This document shows positions 1 to 13,201 of a stretch of DNA of 64,000 nt, piece by piece. The DNA comes from Trichosphaerium sp. ATCC 40318. Lineage: Eukaryota > Protista > Tubulinea. How positions within the stretch are numbered: the stretch's first letter is position 1; each line of letters opens with the position of its first letter. The notes beneath the pieces are model-generated. The model was not told the DNA's origin. It did no database searches and saw only the letters and a program-made list of their open reading frames with translations. Location of the stretch: contig JALMLS010000354.1 of NCBI GenBank assembly GCA_038496445.1, forward strand, positions 186,001 through 250,000, written 5' to 3'. A program made the translations under genes and the position numbers.

Positions 1-1105
1 AGTATTTAATATCAGACCAAATAAAATCAAGTTCTTTCCACATATCTTCAAGTTTTTCGATATCCGTCTCAGCTAAGCAAACACGGTATTGTTTAAAGAA
101 CTCTATATATCTCTTTTGTTCATCAGATAGGTTATCTATCTATTTCATAAAAGCATAAGACAACAACAAGACAGAGAAGAAGGATTAAACATACTTTTTT
201 TAGTTCAGAAACGAGATCATCAAAAGCTTCCAGTAGAGGCGTAAACTCGTCTTTAAAATAAGAGGCATAAGACACATGGTATAGCTCTCCTTTATCGTTG
301 AGCTGTATAACAGTATAGTGATTGTTGAACTTGTCTGGAACCTAAAAAGTTTCCATCAAAATAAAATTTGTTTTTTTTCTGCAAGAAAAAACTAACCTTG
401 CCGTCCTTCTGCATCTCTATGAGCGTTTCGGCTACCTTATTACCTTGCACTGCCTTGCACCACGTGATGTAGTACTTATCGTACAGGCTTGCTATTTTAG
501 CCGAGTGCGTTATCAACGCAGCGTCGAAAGGTTCAAAGCCGTGGTCAGGTTGTTCAAGGCGAAATTGAACAAACGATCTGATGATGTCCTGGCGAAGAAT
601 TGAAGCATCTAAACGTTCATTAGCGAGTTGAATAACAATGTTTGGGTATTACCGAGCACTTTGTAGAAGTCTGGGGTGAATTCAGGTATACCCTCCCAGT
701 TCCCTGTTGTAATTGCGTTTACTACCTATCAGATGCGTTAGAAGTACTATTATAAAACTACTCGTTTTTACCAACGATTCTTTTTCTGAACCGAGTATTG
801 TTCTGTAACTCGCCAAAGCGCTGTCTTTTGTGAATAAATCGACAGATTTGGTCTCCATAGCACGTAGGATGTCAAGCTTTTGGAGCTTTGAAAAATTTTC
901 CTAGATCGTCGGTGAGAACAACAAGAGGTATTGTTTGATAAAGAATCTATCAATATGGAGCGTTTTAACGGTTTTTGAGGTTTACCTTATCGTAGAGTGC
1001 GCGTAAGTCAGCCATTGGTACTTCTTTCTGTTTGTATGGTAAGTATATTTGTATAACTACGGCTAAAACACAAGCGGCTACCAGCCAAGTTATAAAAGTG
1101 TTCAT
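1..1105 (-). CDS. CiaB-like (Campylobacter invasion antigen B-like) protein with N-terminal signal anchor; multi-exon, runs off the window start
   Basis: Spliced exons read MNTFITWLVAACVLAVVIQIYLPY...FDAALITHSAKIASLYDKYYITWCK...YTVIQLNDKGELYHVSYASYFKDEFTPLLEAFDDLVSELKK...SDEQKRYIEFFKQYRVCLAETDIEKLEDMWKELDFIWSDIKY, resembling the CiaB/M49-like N-terminal half as recalled. An alternative start is MADLR near 1016. Confidence 0.6.
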
Positions 1106-1110
1106 CTCGC

Positions 1111-2733
1111 TTAGTTGAGATTTTTTTTCAAGTCCCGCACTTTTTGCTGTCTCTTCTTTTGCTTTTCGAGCCATCTATCCATCACTCTCTTTCGTGTCGA
1201 TGACGCCTTATAACTATCCATAGCTTTAGCATGGCTTGGTGACACAGTCTGACTATCTGACAGTGTCTTTGACGAAGCACGTGGTGTTTTAGTGCTTTTT
1301 GTTGCCGTTCTGGATGAATCATAAGTCTTTGGAACCTTTTTCAAGTCAATCTCCGTTGGTGGCCAAACCTTGTCAATAGCAGGTCCCATATACGCAGGGA
1401 ATCTAATCTAAGGCATCAGTCTACATACCAAGAGGATAATTACCTTGGTAACCCTGCGTCTGTTAGACCCTGATATCTAAATGTAATTATACTCCCTAGT
1501 AGTGTCACAGGTGAGTGCATCATTCAATACGGAATACGAACCAACTTTTGGAGGGTCGTCTCTATCTGCATCCGTGAAGCCAGTTCCAATTTTAAATTTT
1601 ATCTTATTGCCAAGTTCTACCATTAATGCTCCTATGCAACTCACTTCAGCTTTGATTTCTTGGAACGTTATTGTTTTCTGTACCTGTAGATCCTATGTTT
1701 TTACCTTTTCCTTTAACATGTGATATTACTTTAGCTTCTGTATCCTGGAATGATTTCACCTTTAACAAGTCACCAGAACGACCACCATGATATTTAGACT
1801 TTGGTCTCCTCAACATTAATCCTTCTCCACCTTTCTCTTCGATACTTGATAACTCCTCCATTAGATGTTCTTTACTCTTACCAATAATATTTAACAAGGT
1901 AAGCGAGTATTAGTCATACCTTAACAAGCTGTTGGGTTGTCAACGTGATGTGTTTGGAGTCTTTTGGTAAAATGCTCTTCAAGTGCTCCATGCGTGTTTC
2001 AAAGCCTGTACAATAGTTTGCAATCACTAGAAAGAGGCTTGCCTACCTTTTTTGCCTTGACCTGGGCAATCGAAAACCTTGTATTGTACCTTGCTCCATC
2101 CCAGTTGTCTTTTTTTTTCTTTCTCTCCGATATCTACCCCTTCATTATAACGTACTCATTCTTACACTTGTCAACGCACCTACACCAGTCTTGACAACAC
2201 TAATTGTTTGTTGAAAAAGACCTCGTCCGAGGTACAACTCACCTGGACAACAGACATGTCAAAACACATGATTATTCTAATAATAAACAGTACCATCAAG
2301 GTACTCATTTGGGAATTCCTTGACAAACTCATCTGGAGCACAATACACGTTCCCAAGCCTTGAAACGAATTCTCTATGTAGAATAAAGGTCTGCACGGAT
2401 CCTAGAATTGAGTGGCGTACTTTCCTGTCCAGATGGCTCTGACACCATCAAATTTCTCTGACATGTGCCAATTTTCTATCCGCTCTGTTTGCCACTGTAA
2501 CTGGGGTAAGAGGTTTTCTGTTTTTATGTACTTTGTACGTTTTTTGCAAGCATTATATTTGCTGCTAGTTCTTTTCTGCTTGGAGACTTGCTATGGCTCC
2601 AGAAATGATTCCAGTGGCGTTGGTTTGTAGTTGTGGCTACAAGTAAGAATAAATGTCAACACAGTCGTCAAACGTTTCAAATACCCGTCGGTTTATTCGA
2701 AATAGCTGTTCGACGCGCGTACAACGCAAACAT
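1111..2733 (-). CDS. Minimal ATP-dependent DNA ligase (LigE/Chlorella-virus/kDNA-ligase-like), multi-exon, putative mitochondrial presequence
   Basis: Motif I SEKFDGVRAIW, FVSRLGN, LDGELYLGRG, motif IV GGEGLMLR, motif V RSGDLLKVK, OB-fold FKIGTGFTD and motif VI PRFP. N-terminus MFALYARRTAISNK. Confidence 0.9.
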
Positions 2734-2857
2734 TGCTCGTAATATCACGCACTCAATGAAACAGCCACTACCACTACTAGACAACCTAATTATTACCCTG
2801 TTACGCTCACGCTTAACGGCTTTTGTGCTTAAGCTATCGCGTCAAAAAACGTACAAA

Positions 2858-3845
2858 ATGCAACAAATCATCGAGAAAGAGATCATAGAGTACAAATTAG
2901 AACTTCACCGGTTATCACCACACAAAACAGCCAAAGAAATAAAAAAGTATGGCTTGACGCTATTGTACACTGGTACGCCTGTTTCTAATACAGTTCTACT
3001 GTCAAACATCGATGCTCTACCCAAAGAAAAACAAGAAGAAGCTTTTCAGGTGAGTTCCACCAACAACACGGTTTGTGTCATGGTTTTTGCTTAAAAGTGC
3101 TTAGTGGGTTTGTTCTGTATTTGCAGAGTATAAAGCGGGATTTGAATGGTGGCTGTGGCATTCTAAAAAAGACTACGATCCAACAATAGAGCAATTATTG
3201 ATACAGAATGGTTTCCATTCAGAACCAATGCTTTGCATGTCACGTGATCTCAAAGGTTTTCTCATAATCTTAATAGCCGAGAAAACAACACCCCCTAACA
3301 ATTTTTAGGGTTCCAGAAGATAAAGAAATCGAGTGTAGTGATAGAAAAGACAAGTGACTTAAGACAATTTTTTACAACGGTGTCTATTGGTTTCGATGTT
3401 CTTACAAGGAACAAGAAGATGTATGTTGACTCTATGAGCGTTTTAGACAATGAACAGTGGGAACACTACATTGGTACGGATAGTGGAATATCGGCAATGA
3501 CGCGCTAATTGTTATTTCAACAGGATTTGCTGGTGAAGAACCTGCAACTACATGTTCGTTACGGTTTTTACCTGACAAGCGGCATGTTGCTGTACATAAT
3601 ATGACTACAATACCAGACAAGCGCCGAAATGGTTATGGAGGTGATATTTTATCTCATTGTTTACAAGTAGCAAAAGATAGAGGTTATGAGATAGCCTTTC
3701 TTCAAGCAGGTAACTTTTACTTTACATTATCCACACACTTACTCCTTAAGATCCTCCAGGTGTGGGTCTATACAAAAAAGCTGGGTTCGAAGCATGTGAG
3801 CATCCAATAGGATGTTATTTATCACCAGCAAAAATACCAAAGTAA
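2858..3845 (+). CDS. GNAT family N-acetyltransferase, multi-exon
   Basis: MTTIPDKRRNGYG (acetyl-CoA motif A) and AFLQADPPGVGLYKKLGF after splicing. Confidence 0.85.
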
Positions 3846-3888
3846 CTTTTTCTTCGTGATAAATGCCAAGTTAATCAATTCAATGATT

Positions 3889-5207
3889 TCAAATAAATTT
3901 AAGTCCTCGGATGTTTAACTGCCTTTGGTTGTAATGGGCTAAAACACTATTTCTGCGATCTGAGATGTCGTAAGCTTCAAGGAATCTGTAATTTTGTTGA
4001 ATTGCAATTGCCACGGTATTACCACTTAGTTTATAGTTACAGACTTGTTTATTGGGTTGTTTTGTTACAATATACCAATACCTGGTTGTGTAGTATCCAG
4101 AATATGTTGTACAATTAAGGTAGCTTCCTCAAAGGATTCTTTGTTTCGACCTTGACAGTTGACTTCAATGCGATGTCTTACAACACACATAAGAACGCGT
4201 CTTACTGCCTCTGGTGTGGCGAATGTCTTAGAAGTTGACGTCACTGTATTCTCGATTGTAACGATTGCTTTTACGCAAGATAAAAGATCAGAGGTGCAGC
4301 TAGGCGCCATACCATTTATAACAAATAGAGAATGTCGAATTGCTGTACACATGTCAAAAGCATATCTCTGTTTTTTTTGTCAGGTCGTTACGTTGTGACT
4401 TTCTTAAATCTTTCTTACCTTGATTGAGTTTACAAATATCATGTCTTTGCTCTTACGTAGTGTTTTTAACTTTGAAGGAGAAAGAGAAAGTATCTCAGGT
4501 GTTTTTTTAGGCAGTATATCTGAGTCCACTGAAATCATGAAATAGTCAAGCTACAAAGCCATCAAATGGTTTAAATCATTTGTTTATACGTACAAGAGGT
4601 AAGGGAAGAACTGATTTCATAAAATTATCCTTGTGAGATACGATGACGACCAGAAAAAGTGATTTTCTTACAAAACTCGCACGGATATGCATAAGCTGTA
4701 CTAAATGCTCTAAAAACTCTCGTCGTGCACACTCTGGTCTAGAAACAACGATGACGCATTGCTGCCTGTTGTTAAGGGTTAATCAGCTTAGGTGACACTT
4801 TGTTGACATTGTGCGTACATTTTATGGGCATCAGGAAGCGCTGCGTTGACGTGCTTTATTAAAGGAGATTGCTTGTGGCACGCAAAATGAGTTAACTTTA
4901 AATACTTACCCAGTAGTCTACGTGAGGCCTATGCGCAGTGTTATGAGGTATTACCTACGTGATTGAAGCGTCATAACTTGACACGCACATTTTCGACTGA
5001 TTTAGCTACGCTATCGCTGTTTTGGTTCTTGTGGAATACAACCATATGGCCGCCTACCAACATTAGTCACTTTTTAGATTGTTTGGTAATTGCACACCCG
5101 CAACAGCACATAATTTGAGTCCTAGATCGAGCTACGGTAATTAAAAGGAGGTAGCGCACAAAAACGTTATTTTCTCGTACCTGTGGTTCCTTAAATGTCG
5201 CTGCCAT
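3889..5207 (-). CDS. Hypothetical protein, multi-exon
   Basis: ATG exon MAATFKEPQ|gtacg and a chain of open exons with splice signals, including ORF 4065-4352 and last exon ...LNIRGLKFI*. No recognisable domain; internal boundaries uncertain. Confidence 0.5.
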
Positions 5208-5326
5208 ATAAATTTACATTGGTTGTACGTTACAAGGTGTCCGCTATAACTTTAAAAGCGTTATTTGAAGCAACAAAACTAAAGTCAATAGTAGTCGTCT
5301 AATAGTATTGCTTGCGAACTGTAGAA

Positions 5327-8300
5327 ATGGCGGAAAGCGTCAGTGAAGTTGAACCGCTAAATGTTGAGGAGTTTGTTGAAAAGCAGCTCAAATTGTTAGA
5401 ATTAGATAACGACTATGAAATTGAACAGACTACAGTACTATTGGAGACATTACCACCAAAGGTTTGTTGAAATTCGTCAATTTTTACACTTAACATGACA
5501 CCAGGAGTTAGAGAGTCGTGGCATCGCTATTCTTAATCTATGCGTATCTGAAACGTGTACAGGCACGTTTTTAGTCACCAGTTGATTTAAATACCACAAA
5601 TACATCTTAATACGCGTAAAGGTCTATATGGGCGCTATTTAGTAACGTTACAGCACAAAATATCTGACATTCCGTTAAATGCTCACAAACTGACCAGAGG
5701 TACGCCAAAACCACACCCAACATCAGTAAGGGTCAAAAGAAAAGCATAACAAAGCTTGAAGTTGCACATGAGGATTTTGACATGTTGTTATTCTAAAGTG
5801 GGATTGAAATTCATTTTTTGTACACAGGAAGCGTCGTAGGTCTTGATGATGAGTCTGATGACGCTCAAGAGACATTATATCGTGGTGTAGTATACCGAGT
5901 GAGATCACAAAGTATTACAATCGCATTAAATGTGCCACCAGTAGATGCTACTTTTTCAATGCATTTATTTAAGCTCTTGTTGTTGGGCAATCACAAAACG
6001 TATGTATCAACTCCTTTACGTCAGCACATCCAATACATATTTTCTCACAGGTCACGTGCAGGTTTAAGTTTATGAAATACGCGTTATACGATTTACGTAA
6101 ATTCATGAGAGAATCAACTGCAACTACTGCAACACGTGTGCTCATGTACCATTCACCGCCAAGTCATGACGCCATAACAAGTTTTGAGCCCATCACTGAA
6201 GGCTTAAATAAACCTCAACTTGATGCTGTATCATTTGCACTTGCGTCAAATGACATAGCACTCATTCACGGACCACCAGGCACTGGTAAAACAACAACAG
6301 TTGAGTATTGATACTTTTCATATTTTGTTGAGTCCACGGCTGAAAACATATTTGTATAATACTTTTTGTAGGTTGTAGAGTATATACTACAAGCAATAAA
6401 ATCTGAACAGCGCATTCTTGTGTGTGCACCATCTAATGTAGCAGTGGATAACATTGTCGAAAAAATAGCAAAATCTAGACAAAAAGTAAAAATGGTTCGC
6501 CTCGGCCATCCAGCACGGGTCCTCCCTGAGGCAATGGAGTATACCCTTGATGTACAGTTCAGATACTCTAATGGTGCACAAATTGTGGCTGCTGCTCGTC
6601 AGGATATGGATGATATTTCGAAAGAGTTGAAGCAAGTTCTACCTAGAGATGTTAGAAAAAGAAAGTTTGAAGAATGGAAGAGGCTCAAGAAGGATCTACG
6701 ATCAGGTGAACGTAAAGCACTTGAATCTGTAATAAACCAGAGTCAAGTCGTATTATGTACATGTGCAGGAGCATCACACAAGTGCGTTTTATTCGGTGTT
6801 GAACACTTGAGATTTTATCGCTTTATTTTGCTGATTATTCTCGCTAAGGTACATGTCTTCTATGAAGTTTGATGTTGTTGTTATTGATGAAGCTGCTCAA
6901 GCACTAGAACCTGTTTGCTGGATACCTATTTTAAAAGGGAAAAAGGTAATACTTGCTGGAGGTACGTTGCAAGCGATCGTTAGAAGTAGACTAATGTTGA
7001 TTGTTTAGATCACAACCAATTACCTCCTACTGTTCAATCGCCAGAGGCTGAAGCTCAAGGTCTCGGTAATACGCTTTTTAGTAGACTTATGAAACAGTAT
7101 GGTACACGCATATCGCGATTGTTATCCATACAATATCGCATGAATGAATCCATTATGAAGTGGTACGTTTCACAACTTCTTCCCTTACAAGCTCACCTTT
7201 TTTTTTTTAAAAGGAGTTCTGCTGCCATGTATGACAACAACCTGGTTGCACACTCGAGTGTTGAAGGACATGTATTGAGCGATCTCCCTGATATTACAAA
7301 AGATGAAAACACAGCTGCTTCACTAGTGTTGATTGACACTCAAGGATGCGACTTATATGAAGCACCTGGTACTTTAATTTTCTCAGGAAGGTTCCATCGC
7401 TAAATAGCTACGAAGGTGATGAGGGTTCATCGAAAGCTAATGAAGGCGAAGTCGCTGTTTTAGAAGCGTATTTTAATGCCCTAATTACAGCAGGGCTTTC
7501 TGCAGCTAACGTTGCGATAATAACGCCGTATGTTGCACAAGTATCTCTTTTGAGAAAGAAGCTTTTGCCGTCTCACCCATCTTTGTCCATTAACACGGTT
7601 GATGGATTCCAAGTAAGGACTTATATGAAGTAACTCTATAATTTACTTATACCTCGCGAAAGGGTCAGGAGAGCGAAGCAGTAATTATTTCTCTTGTGAG
7701 GTCCAATATTGACAAAGAGGTGTGTCAAGTAGTATTTTTTTTTGTTGTTGTTTTCAACCCAGACTCACGTGAGATGATAGGTTGGGTTCTTGAAAGATAA
7801 TAGACGGTTAAACGTTGCTATAACAAGAGCGCGTCGACATGTTTGTGTAATTGGAGATACCGAAACAGTTTCTACACATCCATTCTTGAAAACAATGGTA
7901 GACTATTTTACTGAAAATGGTGAATATTTGAGCGCTGCTCAATTTCTACCAGACAATACCTCCTTTGCGACGTTCTATGGGCATACGAGTAAGAAGAAGA
8001 TAAATGCTGAACGCGTCAACCAACAAAAGGTAGTACAGAAGCGACTGGATAAGGTACGCCATGAAATAAAAAAAGACTAACTGACACGTGTTTAAGAACC
8101 GAGAAAAACAGCTTCGTGAAGCTGTTTCAATATTTGCAAATGACTCTTCGAGGAATAGGTTGGAATTTTCCAGAGATTTAAATAAATGGGAGCGTATGCT
8201 TGTACATGACCAAGCGGAGAAGATTGGGTTATCACATTTCAGCACAGGAAAAAAGAAGGGGAGATTTGTTGTTGTAACAAAAGGAGATGTCAACACAACT

Positions 8301-9257
8301 TCTTCAACTGCAGATCAAAAAACTCAAGGTGAAGGCATCTCTGTAGCAGATACTGCGGAGGAAAATAAGAGTATAGAGGGTGATGACGAGGGTGATGATG
8401 TGACAATAGACGTTGATAAGGATGAAGATGTTGCTGTAGATGTTGACAAGGATGAGGAGTGTAAAGAAACTAAAGAAGACGTTGAGGTTGTATATGTCAA
8501 TACTGAGACTGATTTGAACACAACAGAAGTTCAAGAGCCTCAAAAGTCACCTCCTAAGCCAACAAAGAAGAAAAACAATGCACCAAAACCAAGGTTTCCG
8601 CCTAAATCGATGAACCCTTTCGCTACGAATAACAAGCGCACAAAGAAACCTGCTCCTAAAAAACGAGATTTGACTAAAATCAAAAGAGGTGGAAAAAAAA
8701 AACCACCTGTACGAAAGGTCCTTGTTGGATCAACTGATAATGAGGTATTGGACAATGCCGTACAAGATAGGTACAATTTTCTATTATTTCATTTCCAAAA
8801 AACCGATTTTACTTATCTTCAACACAAGGTACACGTGCGCATACAGGAAATGCAAATCTTTCACTGGAAATGTTGGCGCAGATTGTGAGTTTTGTATCAG
8901 GCGCTTCTGCTTCAAGCATGCGTATGTGACATCCCTGAATTGCCCACTACAATTGTATTGACTTTGTATGTAGGCTACCGGAAATACATGGATGTGGTGA
9001 GGCTGTAAGAGAGAAAGCTAGAAGCCAATGGCTTGGTTCTCATCCTCAGAATAATAAAGGTAGAGGATACACCAATAAGTCAACGACTGGTAAAGCCACT
9101 GATAAGAAAGTACTACAGACGAAATTAAAATCTAAGGTAATCATAATCAAAGCACTTGTACCATAAACTAAGTAGTTTATAGCTATCCTCAGCGGCGAAA
9201 AAACGAGGTAAAAAAAAATCAACAAAAAAAAGAAAAAAGCCAAGAGGTAGACGCTGA
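5327..9257 (+). CDS. IGHMBP2: SF1 helicase IGHMBP2/SMUBP-2 (Hcs1) with R3H and AN1 zinc finger
   Basis: [65 protein letters not shown]; R3H ([20 protein letters not shown]); AN1 ([15 protein letters not shown]). Confidence 0.95.
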
Positions 9258-9460
9258 AGGATATTACATTATCGACAAGTATGTACAACGTATAAATACA
9301 AAACTGCTCTGTTGATAAACCAACTTAAACGGTGAGAGCAACAAAACAAGCCGTTACGTTGTCCAAGATGACCTAAATTTTGCTCAACAACGAAAAACAA
9401 AGGTCAGAAAATAATGAGAATGTTTTGGACTTTATTCGAAAAGTCAATTTCTTTTGTTGC

Positions 9461-10608
9461 TTATTTTTCCCAGCAATTATCTTGCAAGATTTCCACAGTA
9501 TCACCTTTAGTCCACATCTGAACGTAGAATTTATAGGAGCCACCACCCAGGTTAAAAGGCCCTGAGCTATGTGTTCCACTACTAAATGATACACATTGGT
9601 TGACCATGTCTAACAAGACGCCAATTGTAGCTAGACACTCAAGTTAATTAGAATCATGCGTTTATTGGTGTACCACAAGTATCGAGGCCTCCCCAAGACT
9701 CCTTCTTATTTGATTGAACTACAATATTCCCGTTTGTGGCGTACACGTAAGCACTTTCAGGGTGGTCACTAACGGGTTCTGTTGCACCTGAGGGTATGAC
9801 ACCGATGTTAACCCACTTGTTTGAGTCTGTATTAATCCTAACATTGTTAGCAAGGAAGCGAGAGTATAACTTACTTAAACTCAGCGTAATGAAGGCCTTT
9901 TGAAATGTCACGCTTGCAGTAAACTAGTAGCCACTTTTCTAAAAAAAAAAACCTCGGTTAAAAACAGGTTAAAAAATGATGCCTACTGGATGCTGTTTGG
10001 CTACATTCCACAACACAGTTGTTATTTGATAGTACTAGTGAACTAGTCTTGTTTGTCTTTGAAAACTTCCAAGTCGCACATCTAATACGTCCTTCAAGGA
10101 ATGCCACTTTTTTTTCCAACTGTTTTGTTTTCTTCCATAAAATTGCTACCTGAATACCGTGTTAAAACTACTAACCCAAGATAGTCATACGGTTTGTTCA
10201 ATCCTAGGAGGGTTTGTGCCGCCCCCACGAGTGTTTTCAGATAATGTGATGGTGTGTGACTTGACTGTGTCAGTAAAATTATCCTCTTCTTTTACTTCGA
10301 GATGCACGCTATCCAAACTTTCAGCAATCCTAACGCTCAAACTGAACCCATGCGTCTATGTCTCTGTCAGTTTTAAATATAGGAGACGATAGTTTTACCT
10401 CATTAACAGCACATTTGATCATTTTGAGGACTAATTGTAACGTTTGGCATCTGCCGCTAGATATCGAGATGGCTTCATTGGAGTTACTTATTTTTAAAGA
10501 GTATCTGCGAAACAGAGTCTCTGTCGTGATTTCTAAGTCACCAGAAAGCTCTACGACAAACTCCATTTCACATCTACTGAATTTATAGACTTCATCAACC
10601 TCTGCCAT
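9461..10608 (-). CDS. Protein with C-terminal SPRY/B30.2-like domain
   Basis: WVNIGVIP...AYVYATNGN...IGVLLDM SPRY-like strands after a coiled segment; multi-exon. Confidence 0.6.
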
Positions 10609-11064
10609 CGATACACTTAATTATCTCTTCAGGAACTGGCAAAAAAGTTCCTTTCAGTCAATGATAGTAAACTGGCCTAGAGTTTTACAGTAAATTAGAG
10701 TTCTAATCTTACTTTCCAGTTACAAACTGGTAAACTTCAACGCCAACCAATTAATGGATATGATTGTAGCGGTTGGACAAGGCAAACTGTAGCAAAATCA
10801 AGTAGATAAAATAGTTTGTCACTTTCACTCAGATCGCTTCTCAATTGTGTTAAACCCTTTCTTGTAGTTCTGACATAAAAGGCATTAGCTGCCCTACAAG
10901 GTCGCTGTTTTATTTCGAAATAAAATCACGTTGACCTATCGATACCTTGCTTAGTATTGGAACTGCAATGGATTCGCGATGCCTTGTTTACTATCTTCAT
11001 CTGATTGAAGCTTGCCACTATGAAACGTTTTATTTCAATTTTGAGAGGTTTCAATACATCATTT

Positions 11065-12808
11065 CTATGCAGTTGTTGTGTATTTAGACCAATCAGGAAT
11101 TGCTGCTGACTCTTTGATTATAAACTCGTCTTTGTACACAATATCCTCTCTGCTGTGAAGACTACCAACGATGGAAGCTAAAAAAAAGAAACTCGTAAGT
11201 TGACCACTACTAAAAAAAAAAACACAAGAAAGCCAATGTTTAGCACTTACCACCAACCCATTCTACCTCATCGAATATTGAATCCAAAAAACCAAACTTG
11301 CCTTCCAGCCCTTTATAAAGCACTAAAGTCAGGCCAAATAAAAACATTACCACAACAAACAAGTTGCCAATGGTTTGAAGTATGTGAAGTATGCATAAAA
11401 TTAGTTTGTACCTTTCAGTGGCAGCCATTTATCTTGTGTACTGACCATATTGTTTAACTCTTCCAGAAATCTGTCCTTAAATCCAGGAAGCCTTGTTGTC
11501 ATTCCGCATAGTATAATCTTTGATGCCAACACGTGCCTCAAGTCAACAGGGCATGCCATAATACTCTTCAAGAAAGCATACGGAAGACTAACTCCATCTG
11601 AATTTATACTAAAAATAGATTCACAAGGCACGTGACAACAATATCCAGGAAGTGTTATACGACCTCTAAAAAAATAAGAAAAAGAAGCTTACCGCTGCTT
11701 TAATACGCACGCTCTATTGGGTAAATTAAATTTACCGACAGTGTCTTCATTGTCGTTTGTCCTATAAAGTTTAGTGGATAACTATCCAGGCAAAATATTC
11801 CAAGTACCTGACATAGCAACATTTATGTTTTATAGACTCCAGTACGGAACGTTGAGGAGGCCATTTACGATCAAATACACCTTCTTTCTTTCTGATATTA
11901 ACAGGTGCTGATGGGATTATATTGTGGAGTTCTTGAGATACCAAATCACCTCCAACATCAACAATCTTGACAATCCATCAAAAAGAAAACTTATCTATAT
12001 TACTCTCTACCTGCAATGCTTGTATCATGCCTATTCCAGAAAAAACCAACGTCTCATAAGTATCGCATATTATAGAAGTAACTTACTGGTATTATAACGC
12101 TTGTATATGTCCCACATTTTACAACCAGGCCTGTTTTTGATTTGGCGCCGGCTGCTGCCTAGCACATGTGTTTTAAATGTTGTCAAACTTTCTGTTGCAC
12201 GTACTACACATTCTGAGTTTAAGAACAGCACGCCTTCTGCCTAATGAAATCACAACGGCGAAGCGAAGATACCCTCAAACGCACCTTGAATCTAAAGAAC
12301 AACACATTTGCTGCAGCTACAGTAATGTCACTACTTTTGTATTTTGATCATTTCATTCTCGCACCTTCAATAATGTGACGTGGCGTAACCAACGACGTGC
12401 TTAAAACAATGTCAGGAATCCGAACAGTATTTATACGTGCCTTAGTACTATACACCTATTTGATGTATCTACACCAAGCTCACTAACAACGGTTATAAAG
12501 AGACAAGCTATGAGTAAACAAAGAGTACTTGAACACTTTTGTGAAGAGCTTAAAAAATCCTTCTTGATATTGATCACGTGATGGAAAGGAGCTACCCAAA
12601 CAGGCGCGTAAAGGCAGTGTTACACCTTCGAAATCTAACAGCGTATCTAAAATCTACAGCATTACGCTTTTTAGTAAAAATAAGACTACCACGAATCGTT
12701 ATTTACCACACGTGGTGTTCCTTCGCCAGATAGCCCTGCTCTAGTTCTCGAGCTGCCAATAGATAGTATTATCGCTTGTTTTTCTGTTAGCTGGTAAATG
12801 TAACTCAT
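11065..12808 (-). CDS. ACTR10: Actin-related protein 10 (dynactin Arp11)
   Basis: N-term AIILSIGSSRTRAGLSGEGTPR; SIMACPVDLRHVLASKIILCGMTTRLPGF; ASIVGSL; C-terminal IPDWS typical of Arp10. Confidence 0.85.
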
Positions 12809-12916
12809 TGTAGACGCGAGAAACCGTCAAAGACGCCAAAGTGTTAAAAAAAATTGAAGGTTGGCGGAGAAATAGTCAACTATTCTCCAAACTTCGTTAC
12901 AACTTGTAGTTTTAAC

Positions 12917-13201
12917 ATGTTTGGCGTCAAAGAAGTCGTATGCCCATCTGTGAGCGTTGCTCCTAACAGCAGCAACAGTATTGTTGTATCTCTACCTCCA
13001 GCGGTTTCAACAGTACATTTAAACCATGAAGCACCTTCTGCATGGAATGCTACTGCTACTGGCGTTACTGTTGGTACAGCTTCTGGAAATATTGACGCAA
13101 AAGGCTTCTCTGTTAGCGTAAGCTCTGGTGCCGCTTCTGAGGGTACACAATACGCAACAAAAACCCAACTAACAATTTGGTTGAAGGCTCAGTGGAATTA
13201 A
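12917..13201 (+). CDS. Small beta-rich hypothetical protein (94 aa), intronless
   Basis: Clean ORF MFGVKEVVCP...IWLKAQWN*, coding-like composition, divergent from Arp10. Confidence 0.6.
   Translation: MFGVKEVVCPSVSVAPNSSNSIVVSLPPAVSTVHLNHEAPSAWNATATGVTVGTASGNIDAKGFSVSVSSGAASEGTQYATKTQLTIWLKAQWN

Noticed and set aside
8395-8460. 30-bp duplication in IGHMBP2 (DVDKDE twice)
   Set aside because: Ordinary slippage in an acidic disordered linker.
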